The notes below the pieces were generated by a model. It did not search any database and was not told the origin of the DNA. It saw only the letters and a list, made by a program, of their open reading frames with translations. A stretch of DNA of 38,447 bases from the NCBI GenBank assembly GCA_038231455.1, contig JBBRLI010000030.1, positions 1 through 38,447 on the forward strand, in the 5' to 3' direction. The position numbers and the translations under genes are program-made. This DNA comes from Vulcanimicrobiales bacterium. Lineage in GTDB: Bacteria > Vulcanimicrobiota > Vulcanimicrobiia > Vulcanimicrobiales > Vulcanimicrobiaceae. Position 1 is the first letter of the stretch. The number at the start of each line of letters is the position of its first letter. This document shows, piece after piece, positions 1 through 9,200 of the stretch.

Positions 1-111
1 CTCGCCGCCGTAGCGCTTCACGCCCAGGCGCTGAGCGTTAGAGTCGCGGCCGTTACGCGTGGAGCCGCCGCCCTTTTTGGATGCGAACAGCTGCAGATCG
101 AAGTTAAACAT
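1..111 (-). CDS. rpmA: 50S ribosomal protein L27, 5' part (runs off the window start), with N-terminal extension
   Basis: Not in the ORF track. Hand translation from ATG at 111 gives [37 protein letters not shown], the unmistakable L27 N-terminus ([20 protein letters not shown]). Confidence 0.97.
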   Translation of the reverse strand, partial: MFNFDLQLFASKKGGGSTRNGRDSNAQRLGVKRYGGE

Positions 112-120
112 AGCCACGGA

Positions 121-149
121 AGTATATCAGAGGGATCGCCGTGCGTAAA
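121..149 (-). promoter_or_regulatory. sigma70-type promoter of rpmA
   Basis: On the minus strand: TTTACG (149-144), 17-nt spacer, TATACT (126-121), with an extended -10 TG at 129-128. It lies 9 nt before the ATG and there is no SD, so the mRNA is probably near-leaderless. Confidence 0.7.
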
Positions 150-165
150 GGCCCAAGGGCCACGC

Positions 166-1050
166 ATGCGACGATCGGCGTTTGTTCTCGGCGGGCTTGG
201 TCGTCTTCTCGTCTCGACCGGCGGCGTCGAGGCGGCAGATGCGCCGCCGAATTTGGCGGCAATCGAGGCGCGGGCCGGGGGCCGGCTCGGTGTTTTTGCG
301 ATCGATACGGGGACAGGTCGGACGCTCGCTCACCGTTCAGGCGAGCGATTCCCGATGTGCAGTACCTTCAAGATGATGGCGGTCGCCGCGATGCTCGAAC
401 GGGTCGATCGCGGTCACGATCACCTCGAGCGCCGCGTCCGCTACGGTCGTCAAGACCTCGTCGCCTATGCTCCGGTAACCGAAAAGCATGTCGGTGAAGG
501 CTCGCTCAAACTGCGCGAGCTGTGCGCGGCAGCAACGGTCGAGAGCGATAATGCCGCGGCCAACCTCATCGTCCACGCGCTTGGCGGACCGGCAGCCGTA
601 ACGCGTTTCGCACGCTCGATCGGCGATCGTGAGACGCGTCTCGATCGGATCGAGCCCGAACTCAATTTTGCTCCGCCCGGCGACATGCGCGATACGACGA
701 CCCCGGCGGCGATGGCGCGGAGTCTCCGGCTCATCGTGCTCGGCAACGTGCTCGCGCCCGCGTCGCGTCGCCTGTTGCAGATCTGGATGCTCGGCTCGCG
801 AACCGGAACGACGCTCCTGCGCGCGGGCCTTTCGTCGACGTGGCGCGTCGCGGATAAATCCGGCATGGGCGGCGCGCACAACGCGCACGGCGATAGCGAC
901 ACGCGAAACGATCTTGCCGTTCTTTTTCCGCCGAGTGGCGCGCCGATCGTCATTGCCGCTTATTTGAACGGTTCAAGACTCGCAGCGGCGGAGCGCGATG
1001 AGGCGCTTGCATCCGTCGCGCGATTCACGGTGGCGGAGTTTTTGCGCTAG
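166..1050 (+). CDS. bla: Class A serine beta-lactamase, probably Tat-exported
   Basis: Motifs FPMCSTFK (SxxK), SDN, IEPELN (E166), DTTTP and DKSG. The N-terminus MRRSAFV is twin-arginine-like. Confidence 0.95.
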   Translation: MRRSAFVLGGLGRLLVSTGGVEAADAPPNLAAIEARAGGRLGVFAIDTGTGRTLAHRSGERFPMCSTFKMMAVAAMLERVDRGHDHLERRVRYGRQDLVAYAPVTEKHVGEGSLKLRELCAAATVESDNAAANLIVHALGGPAAVTRFARSIGDRETRLDRIEPELNFAPPGDMRDTTTPAAMARSLRLIVLGNVLAPASRRLLQIWMLGSRTGTTLLRAGLSSTWRVADKSGMGGAHNAHGDSDTRNDLAVLFPPSGAPIVIAAYLNGSRLAAAERDEALASVARFTVAEFLR

Positions 1051-1117
1051 GGATGTTCGTCGGCACCCTGCGTACAGGCCGTCGACCCCGGGCGGCTGCT
1101 CCCGCGCTGGTCCCTCG

Positions 1118-1636
1118 CTACTCCACGTAATCTATTTCGAGCGTCATGATCTTTTTGCCGTCACTATCTGCATCTCGGCTAAATTTGAAGTTTGATCCCG
1201 TCACAAGCGTCGCATACTTTACGCCACCTGGCGCCAAGGTGAAATGTTGGCCGTTCACATCAAAAAAAGGCTTGCCGATCGGTGGGTTGCTGACGAAGAA
1301 ATAGATCGGTTGGGCTACCTTCATGATCGCTCCAACCGGATTGACGCCGCCGCTGCTCTTCCAAACCCCGCCGTGTTTCGTGAGAACGCTGGTCTCGGTA
1401 ACATAACTGCAAGGGTCGGCGACACGTCCGACTCGGTATGCCATGCTGGTTTTCACACCCGTGCAGAATGACATCGTTACCGTCGTGTCGCTCTTATTGA
1501 TGACCCGAAGAAGCATGTCGCTCGCGTAAGGTACGGCTTTTCCCGATGCGGGGACCGACACCGCGAACGCAACGGCGACGAATGCACCCAGCACTCGAGG
1601 ACCTTGCCACCGTAGGCGTTTCAAAAAGCTTTTCAT
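1118..1636 (-). CDS. Secreted hypothetical protein, beta-strand rich
   Basis: 172-aa ORF with a basic plus hydrophobic signal peptide, GGAG-like SD upstream and natural amino-acid composition. It fills the gap between bla and the P450. Confidence 0.8.
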   Translation of the reverse strand: MKSFLKRLRWQGPRVLGAFVAVAFAVSVPASGKAVPYASDMLLRVINKSDTTVTMSFCTGVKTSMAYRVGRVADPCSYVTETSVLTKHGGVWKSSGGVNPVGAIMKVAQPIYFFVSNPPIGKPFFDVNGQHFTLAPGGVKYATLVTGSNFKFSRDADSDGKKIMTLEIDYVE

Positions 1637-1753
1637 CGGTTCTCCGTCCGTGATGCAAGCTGCGAAAAATTCGCATGCGTGACATCCTCTGTTGCCGACC
1701 TTCCGATGAGGTTACTCGTCTCCTCTCGCAAGCGTGCAGCCGAAGCGCAGAGG

Positions 1754-3109
1754 TTACGTCGCCGGCCGTTGACGTGCGCCGAGCCGCGCACGCACCGGCG
1801 TGAGAGGGCGCAGCGTCACGAGCGGTTCGACGTGCGGGATCGCTGGGTCGACCGGTTCGAGGGTGAATTTCTGCGCGATCGTTGCGAGTGCGAGGATGCC
1901 TTCGGTCCAGGCGAACGCCTCGCCGATGCAGCGGCGATTGCCGCCGCCGAATGGAAAGTAGGCAAATTTCGGAAGCGTCGGACGAATTTCGGCCCATCGC
2001 TCGGGCCGGAAGTCGAGCGGATTCGCAAAGTAGTGCGGATTGCGATGTGAGGCGTACGGTGAGGTGATGACGACGGAGTTCGTTTCCAGCGCGTGACCGC
2101 CGACCACGACGGGTTGGATCGCACGCCGACTGACGACCCACGCGGGCGGATAGAGTCGCATCGCTTCGCTCAAAACATCGCGCGTGAATGCAAGCGATTC
2201 CACATCCGCCATCGTCGCCGCGCGGGTGCCCAGAACCGAATCGACTTCGGCGCGCATACGTGCAGCCGCGGCCGGCGAGTGTCCGAGCAGCGCCCACGTC
2301 CACGTTAGTGCATTGGCGGTCGTTTCGTGTCCGGCCGTGAACATCGTGATCGCCTCATCGCGCACTTGCTCGTCGCTCATGGTTTCTGCATCGTCGCTTG
2401 CGAGCAGCAACATCGAGAGTAAGTCGCCGCGATCGCCGCTCGCGCGGCGTTCGTCGATGATGCGGTAGATGATCGCATCGAGTGTGGCGCGTGCGGCGTT
2501 CGCACGGCGTGCCACGGGCAGCCACGGAAGTCGGTCCACCAGCGGTCCGAGCGGCGACATCGTTACCGGCAGCATTTTCATGGCGTCGGTGAGCGCGTTT
2601 GCAATGACGTGCGCATCGGCATCGACGTTCGTCCCAAAGAGCGTCCGGGCCGCAATCGCAAGCGTCACCTGCATCATCGCTGCGCCGACGTCGATGGTTG
2701 CGCCATCCGTCCACGACTGCATCGCACGCTGCGTTTCTTCGACCATTTGCGCTGCGTACGTCGCGATCCGATCGCGGTGAAACGCGGGTTGCGCGAGTCG
2801 ACGCTGACGCAGATGCAACGGCTCTTCGCTTGTGAGCAACCCGTGTCCGAGCAGCGGAATCAAACGCTGGACGCCACGGCCTTTGTGAAAGTGCGGCGTC
2901 TGATGCACGAGCACGTCTTCTACGATCGCCGGGTCGCTCGCAAGCCAAAAGTGCTGGCCGCCCATTTTCCAATGCGCGAGCGGTCCGTACGTCTGTGCGG
3001 TCTCGGCGAAGAACGCCGCGGCACCGCGCAAGAGACCGCCGCGATTCATTTTCGCAATCGCTTCGAGCGAGCCGGGTCCGGCCGGATAAGAACTCTCGAG
3101 CGTTTTCAT
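1754..3109 (-). CDS. Cytochrome P450
   Basis: I-helix AGHETT, ExxR (EAMR), PERW and heme-binding FGGGNRRCIG. Confidence 0.97.
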   Translation of the reverse strand: MKTLESSYPAGPGSLEAIAKMNRGGLLRGAAAFFAETAQTYGPLAHWKMGGQHFWLASDPAIVEDVLVHQTPHFHKGRGVQRLIPLLGHGLLTSEEPLHLRQRRLAQPAFHRDRIATYAAQMVEETQRAMQSWTDGATIDVGAAMMQVTLAIAARTLFGTNVDADAHVIANALTDAMKMLPVTMSPLGPLVDRLPWLPVARRANAARATLDAIIYRIIDERRASGDRGDLLSMLLLASDDAETMSDEQVRDEAITMFTAGHETTANALTWTWALLGHSPAAAARMRAEVDSVLGTRAATMADVESLAFTRDVLSEAMRLYPPAWVVSRRAIQPVVVGGHALETNSVVITSPYASHRNPHYFANPLDFRPERWAEIRPTLPKFAYFPFGGGNRRCIGEAFAWTEGILALATIAQKFTLEPVDPAIPHVEPLVTLRPLTPVRARLGARQRPAT

Positions 3110-3177
3110 TGCTTCACGATTGCATCCGCATACCGTGATGACCGCCTTTTTCTGCGCCGCAACGTGCCGTTACACGG

Positions 3178-3208
3178 AAACGACGATCGCGCTTTCGCAC
3201 GATCGTCG
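3178..3208 (-). terminator. Probable intrinsic terminator of the Asn/Gly-rich gene
   Basis: Minus strand CGACGATCGTGC-GAAA-GCGCGATCGTCG-TTT: a 12-bp stem with one G-U pair (which works only on this strand) and a GNRA loop, about 30 nt after the stop at 3238. Confidence 0.7.
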
Positions 3209-3237
3209 CCTTTGCTGGGTGTTTTCCGGTGCTGCGA

Positions 3238-4053
3238 CTAGCCGGAGATACGCACCGCTTTGATCGTATGTCCGTCGCCGCTGGGATACCCGATGACCGT
3301 GAGGCGCTTGCCGAAGCCGCCGGGTTGCGTTGCAAAGCACGTTTGATTCGAGGTGACGATCGTGTAGGTCTGACCCGGGAGCGGGATGCCGCTCTGTTGC
3401 GTCACGATTTGGAAGCGGCCGTTGCCGTCGGGCGAACCGGTCTGGTAGCCGGTAATCGACTCCGTTGCTTGATTGTAGCCGTTCGAGTTGCAGTTGTTCT
3501 GCCCGTTCGGATAGCCGTTCCCGTTTGAATTGTTTCCGTTCGGGTAGCCGTTATTGTAGCCGCCATTGCCATTATTGTAGCCGCCGTTGTTATAACCGCC
3601 GTTGTTCGGGTTGTTTGCATCGAGGACGCGCGTTGCGTAGAACATGCCGTTGTTGCCGTACGTTCCGTAGAGGCGCACGTACTCGCCAAGGCCGAGGTTG
3701 TTGGCCTGGCCGTTATTGAGTGCGCTCTGATCGTTGACGGTCAGATACCGGCCGTTCTGCAGCTGGATATTGAGCATATTTCCGTTCAGATTACGGATCG
3801 TGCCGAGCACGCTATTCGCGTTGCCGCGATGGTGCTTCGACCAGCCTTTGTGCTTGCCGTTGTCGTGCTCGTCGCCTTGGTCGTCCTCGTCGCCATGCTT
3901 GTGCTCGTCATCGGCTAGGGCCGCGCGCGGGGCACCGTTGGTTAACGAGGGGTTGGTTCCGGCGAGGCGGGCACTGGCGGTGAGGAGCGAGCCGGTCGCG
4001 GCGATTCCGAAAAATGCGGCGAGGACGGCTGCGTGGAGCTTGCTTGGTTGCAT
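3238..4053 (-). CDS. Secreted protein with His/acidic segment and Asn/Gly/Tyr-rich low-complexity linker
   Basis: Start reassigned to ATG 4053 (MQPSKLHAAVLAAFFG), with GGAGG 10 nt upstream. It has a signal peptide, DDEHKHGDEDD...DNGKHKGW, NNGGY repeats and two predicted beta-rich domains. Confidence 0.85.
   Translation of the reverse strand: MQPSKLHAAVLAAFFGIAATGSLLTASARLAGTNPSLTNGAPRAALADDEHKHGDEDDQGDEHDNGKHKGWSKHHRGNANSVLGTIRNLNGNMLNIQLQNGRYLTVNDQSALNNGQANNLGLGEYVRLYGTYGNNGMFYATRVLDANNPNNGGYNNGGYNNGNGGYNNGYPNGNNSNGNGYPNGQNNCNSNGYNQATESITGYQTGSPDGNGRFQIVTQQSGIPLPGQTYTIVTSNQTCFATQPGGFGKRLTVIGYPSGDGHTIKAVRISG
3473..3612 (-). repeat. Coding imperfect tandem repeat (NNGGY / NGYPNG units)
   Basis: Encodes NNGGYNNGGYNNGNGGYNNGYPNGNNSNGNGYPNGQNNCNSNGYN. 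Confidence 0.8.
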
Positions 4054-4100
4054 CGGCTTTGGGCCTCCAGGGTTCAGGAGAAATATGAGTGCAGGATGAG

Positions 4101-4127
4101 AACGAAGAGGTCTGGCCTTTTTGTTCC
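4101..4127 (-). promoter_or_regulatory. Possible ECF-sigma-type promoter for the Asn/Gly-rich gene
   Basis: Minus strand GGAAC-N18-CGTT about 50 nt upstream of the ATG. The spacer is slightly longer than the typical GGAAC-N16/17-CGTT. Confidence 0.3.
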
Positions 4128-4181
4128 CCGCCGCCCGACTTTCCAACGTTTTAAGGAGGGACCGATTCCGGTCCGAGGTAT

Positions 4182-5441
4182 TTGAGCGAGGTTTTGGAGA
4201 CGCGTCGTGTCGTCGTCACGGGCCTTGGAGCCGTGACGCCCCTAGGGAACACCAAGGAAACATTCTGGGACGGGCTGATCGCCGGGAAGAGCGGGGTCGG
4301 CCCGGTCACGCATTTCGATCCGACCAAGCTCACCACGCGGATCGCGGCCGAAGTCAAAGGCTTCGACCCCGACGCCCTGATCGGGCGACGCGACGCGCGC
4401 AAGATGGATCGCTACGCGCAGTTTGCGTACGTTGCGGCAAACGAAGCGATCGCCGATGCGAACTTCCCCGAAGACGCCGACGTGCGGATGAACACCGGCG
4501 CCATCATCGGGACCGGGATCGGCGGCATCATCACCGTCGAGGACACCGTCACCAAGACCGCGCCGACGCAGGCCTGGGATCGCATCTCGCCGTTCTTCGT
4601 GCCGATGCTCATGGCCAACGCCGCTTCGGGTCATATCTCGATGGCGCACGGACTGCGCGGCCCGCTCTATGCCGTCTCCAGTGCGTGCGCAAGCGCCAAC
4701 GATGCGCTCTCCGCGGCGTACAATGCGATCGTCACCGGCGATGCGATCGCAATGGTCACGGGCGGCAGCGAAGCAACGATCATCGCAACGGCGATGGGCG
4801 GCTTCTGTACGATGAAGGCGTTTTCGACACGCAACGATGAGCCCGAAAAAGCTTCACGTCCCTTCGATCGCGAGCGCGACGGGTTCGTGCTTGCCGAGGG
4901 CGGTGCGATTTTGATTTTCGAAGAACGCGAATTCGCGATCGCGCGCGGCGCGCGCATCTACGCCGAAGTCTTAGGGTACGGGCAGTCGGCCGATGCCTAC
5001 AATCTCGTCGCGCCCGACCCCGAATCCAAAGGCGTTGCGCTTGCGATGGAACGCGCGATCAAAAAAGCCGGCATTGCAAAAGAACGCGTTACGTATATCA
5101 ACGCGCACGGCACATCCACGCCGCTCGGCGATACGGCCGAATCGCAGGCAATCGAGCGCGTTTTCGGCGAGCACGCAAAAAAACTCGCAGTAAGTTCGAC
5201 CAAATCGATGCACGGCCACGCCCTCGGCGCAGCGGGAGCCCTCGAGGGCGTTGCGACGGTGCTCGCGATCGACCGCGGCATCATCCCGCCGACGATCAAC
5301 TACGATTTCCCCGATCCGACGTGCACGCTCGACTACGTGCCCAACGTCGCGCGGAAAGCCGAGATCGACGTCGCGCTCTCGAATTCGTTCGGCTTCGGCG
5401 GCCATAACGGCGTCGTGATCTTCGCACGCCACCATGCGTAG
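4182..5441 (+). CDS. fabF: 3-oxoacyl-ACP synthase II
   Basis: RRVVVTGLG, catalytic SACAS, INAHGTST, SSTKSMHGH and SNSFGFGGHN. The start is TTG 4182 (or TTG 4194). Confidence 0.96.
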   Translation: MSEVLETRRVVVTGLGAVTPLGNTKETFWDGLIAGKSGVGPVTHFDPTKLTTRIAAEVKGFDPDALIGRRDARKMDRYAQFAYVAANEAIADANFPEDADVRMNTGAIIGTGIGGIITVEDTVTKTAPTQAWDRISPFFVPMLMANAASGHISMAHGLRGPLYAVSSACASANDALSAAYNAIVTGDAIAMVTGGSEATIIATAMGGFCTMKAFSTRNDEPEKASRPFDRERDGFVLAEGGAILIFEEREFAIARGARIYAEVLGYGQSADAYNLVAPDPESKGVALAMERAIKKAGIAKERVTYINAHGTSTPLGDTAESQAIERVFGEHAKKLAVSSTKSMHGHALGAAGALEGVATVLAIDRGIIPPTINYDFPDPTCTLDYVPNVARKAEIDVALSNSFGFGGHNGVVIFARHHA

Positions 5442-5449
5442 GTTTGCCT

Positions 5450-6250
5450 ATGCCGGGTGAGGCCCGCCGCCGGCGCATTCGCGCGCTGTTACGAGCCGTC
5501 GACATCGACCTCGACCCGATCGCGGTGGAGCCGGCATTCGTCCATGAATCGGCCGCGCGCGAAGGCGCCGGCAGCTCGAACGAGCGCCTGGAGTTGCTCG
5601 GCGATGCGATTCTCGGCTTCGTTACCGTCCGGTGGCTGTTCGAACGCTATCCCAATGCGAACGAAGGTGAACTTGCGCGTCGCAAACATGCCCTCGTGAG
5701 CGGCGATGCCTGTGCCCAGAGCGCGAAGCGCCTGGGATTCGGCGACTTGATCTTGCTCGGTCACGGCGCGGCGAGTAGCGGCGGGGCGGAGAATTCCTCG
5801 ATCCTCGCCGATGCCTTCGAGGCGTTCATCGCCGCCGTCGTGCGGGCGAGCGACCTTGCCGTCGGGGCATCGTTCATCGAGCGCGAACACTTGGCGCACG
5901 TCGAGCGCGACGAGCAGGCCTTCGCCGATGCAAAAACCGCACTCCAAGAATATACCCAGGGCCGCTACGGCTTTGCTCCCACCTACTACGAGCGCTCCGA
6001 GGGGCCGCCGCACGAGCGGCGGTTCACCTCCGTTGTGAAAATCGGCGATGAGGCGATGGGCGAAGGCATCGGTTCGTCGAAGAAAGCCGCGCAGCAGAGT
6101 GCCGCGGCCTTGGCCCTTGCCACGCTGCGCGCACGCGATGTCGATCCGCCGCCGCCCCCGGACCCGGTTCCCCCAAGTGATTCGCGCGTCATCGATTTAA
6201 GTACGCGGACGAAGAGTTCACGTCCGCGCCGCCCGCGCACGAAAGTGTAG
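5450..6250 (+). CDS. rnc: Ribonuclease III
   Basis: NERLELLGDA signature, ADAFEA and dsRBD (KTALQEYTQ...GPPHERRF...SKKAAQQ). Sits in fabF-rnc-smc synteny. ATG at 5450. Confidence 0.95.
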   Translation: MPGEARRRRIRALLRAVDIDLDPIAVEPAFVHESAAREGAGSSNERLELLGDAILGFVTVRWLFERYPNANEGELARRKHALVSGDACAQSAKRLGFGDLILLGHGAASSGGAENSSILADAFEAFIAAVVRASDLAVGASFIEREHLAHVERDEQAFADAKTALQEYTQGRYGFAPTYYERSEGPPHERRFTSVVKIGDEAMGEGIGSSKKAAQQSAAALALATLRARDVDPPPPPDPVPPSDSRVIDLSTRTKSSRPRRPRTKV

Positions 6251-6252
6251 TA

Positions 6253-9200
6253 ATGCGTCTCAAATCACTCCGCGTCTTCGGCTTCAAAACGTTTGCCGAG
6301 CAGACGACCTTGGATTTCAACGAAGGCATCACGGCCGTCGTCGGACCCAACGGCTCGGGCAAATCCAATTTGGTCGATGCGATCCGCTGGGTGCTCGGCG
6401 AACAGAGTTCGCGCTCGCTGCGCTCCAACAAAATGGAAGACGTGATTTTCGCGGGCAATACTTCGCGTAAGCCGCTCGGCATGGCCGAAGTCACGCTGAC
6501 CTTCGACAACCACGACGGCGCCCTGCCGATCGAATTCCGCGAAGTCTCGATCACGCGCCGCGCCTATCGTGCGGGCGATTCGGAATACTTCATCAACCGC
6601 AATCACGTCCGTCTGCGCGACGTCGTGGAACTGCTCATGGGCACGGGCCTCGGGCCTGGATCGTATGCGATCGTCTCGCAGGGTCAGATCGATGCGATCC
6701 TCTCATCGAAGCCGCAAGAGCGCCGCAGCCTCTTCGAAGAGACCGCCGGCATCGCGAAATTTCTCGCACGCAAAAATGAGGCGATGCGTCGTCTGGACGG
6801 CACGGAACAAAACGCGATTCGCGTCAACGATTTGATCGCCGAACTCGAACGTCGCGTCCCGGAACTCGATACGCAAGTGCGCCGCGCAAAGCGCTATCGC
6901 AAAGTTACGACCCGCGTGCGCGATCTCGAAATTCTCTCGTACCTGCGCGCAAGCGAAAGCCGACGCGGGGAACGCGAACGCGTGCAGGCCGAACTCGATG
7001 TGGTCGACGGGCGCAAAGTCTCCGCGGCATCGCGCGCGAGTACGCTCGGTGCCGAACTCTCGGCGTTGCGCAACGATTTGTACGCGCTCGAACTCGATCT
7101 CGAAGAACGCCGCTCGCAGGCTCAGAAATTGCGTGCCGAACTCGCCCGCGGCGAAGCCGACCATGCTGCTGCAATCGCGCGTCGCGACGCGCTCGAGTCG
7201 CAGTCCACCTCCAGTCTCTCCGATCGCGAACGCGTTGAGGCCGAGCGCACGTCGCTGACCGCCGCGCTCGCCTCGCTTTCCGAACGTATCGCTCCGCTGC
7301 AAACGCAGCTCGAATCGATGGGCGAACGCGAACTCGCTGCAAGCGCCGCCGTGAGCGATGCGCGATCGGGCCTCGATCGCATCTTCACCGAGCTGCGGGC
7401 CGTCGAAGCCGCTGCAGCGGAACGCGCGGCAAGCGAAGCCGAACGCCGAGCCCAAGCGCAGAGCGCGCGCAGTGAGATCGAACGCCTCGAACGCGAAGCA
7501 ACGGCTTTGCGCGAACGGATCGGCGAACACGAACGCTCTGCGAGCGGCGCTCGTACGCGCTTTGATGCTGCCGCGCAAAATCTCGCAGGGCTCGAAGCCG
7601 AACTGACCGCGCAGCGCGCCGCCGCCGAAGCCGCCGAGACCGCCGGTCCCGCCGCCGCAGAACGGATGGCCGCCTTGCAGAACCGCTACCGTCACTTGGC
7701 AAGCGAACTTGCCGGTGCTGAATCGCGACTGCATACGATCGAAGAACTCGAAGCCAACCTCGAAGGCCACGTCCCCGGCACACGCGCGGTCGTCGAAGCC
7801 GCGGGCCGCAGCGAACTGCGCGGTCTGCACGGCGTCGTCTCCAACCTCATTAGCGTCGACGAACGCTATGCACGTGCGCTCGACATCGCCTTTGGGGCGG
7901 GTCTCTCGAATATCGTCACCGCGACCGCAGAAGACGCCGAGCGCGCCGTTTCGTTCTTACGCGAACGCGAACTCGGCCGCGCGACATTCTTGCCGCTCGA
8001 CACGCTCGGCTCGCGGCGCGGCCACGACATCGGCAACCTGCGCGGCCGCCCCGGCGTGATCGGCTACGCGCACGAACTCGTCACCTCAGACGAACAATAT
8101 CGCGGCATCGTCGCGTTCTTGGTCGGGCGCATGCTCATCGTCGATGTGCTCGCGACGGGGATCGCGCTTACGCGCGGCGAGGGCTTCCGCGATTCGATCG
8201 TCACGCTCGATGGCGAACAAATCCTGGGTGGCGGTGCGATTACCGGCGGCCGCTATCGCCGCGAACGTTCCATTCTCGCACGGCGCGCGCAGGCGCAAAC
8301 CTTGCGCGAGCGTCTGCCGCAGCTGCGCGCAGAAATCGAAGAAGTCGAACGCGAGGGACTCGTCGCAAAAGCCGAATTCGACGCGGCAAGTTCTACGCGC
8401 GATCGCGCTCGCGCTGCAGCAAACCAAGCCGAGATGGCGCTGCGCGAGCTGCGCACGCAACTCGAAACGCTCACAAGCGAGATCGAACGACTCGATCGCG
8501 AGACGACGCGAGCAAAAGAACGCCAGCAAACGCTCGTGCATGCGCTCGAGGAAGCGCGCGCAAAATTCGCGGCCCTTGAGAAAGTCGCCGACGATCATTT
8601 GGATATGACGGGCGAACGCGCGCGCCTCGAGGCGGAACTCGCAGCGGCGCGTGCTCGCATCTCGGAAGTCGAATCCAGCCAGTCGGCGGTCGTCGCGCAG
8701 GCCAGCGGCGTGCGCGAGTCTCTCGCGGCGCTCACCGCGGAACGTGACGGCAGCGCCGCACGCCTCGGCCTACTTGATGCCGATAGCGAGCGCGCCTCGG
8801 GCGCACGCGATGCGATGATGCGCGAGCTCGAAATGCTGCGCGGCCAAATCGCCGCGAGTGAAGCAACGCTCGGCGCCCTGCGTCGCACGGTGAGCGACGC
8901 CGATACCGTGGTCGACGAATCCCGCGCGAAACGCGAGCGCATGGCCGGTGATGCCGCGCAAAAAGAAGCGAGCGAACGCATCGCACAGAGCGAAGATCGT
9001 GATGCGACGGCGGCCGGCGAAAACAATCGTCGGCGTCTTGCCGAAATCGATGCGGAACTCGGGATGCTGCAGTCGACCTTCGCACAAAATCCGGCCTCCG
9101 ATGAGGAGATCGCGGACGTCACGACGCGCTACGCCGAGGAGACCGACGAAGTCATCGAAGAACTGCCGCGCTTGCGCGAAGAACTCGCGCGCCTCGCAAA

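Noticed and set aside
1708..1758. GAGGTTAC direct repeat near the P450 stop
   Set aside because: Only 8 bp and two copies, with no mobile element between them. Compatible with chance.
3114..3335. 73-aa minus-strand ORF upstream of the P450
   Set aside because: It overlaps the preceding gene in another frame and runs through its terminator hairpin.
1754..5441. P450 plus ketosynthase as a secondary-metabolite cluster
   Set aside because: The ketosynthase is housekeeping FabF in the fabF-rnc-smc operon on the other strand. No ACP, chain-length factor or tailoring genes are present.
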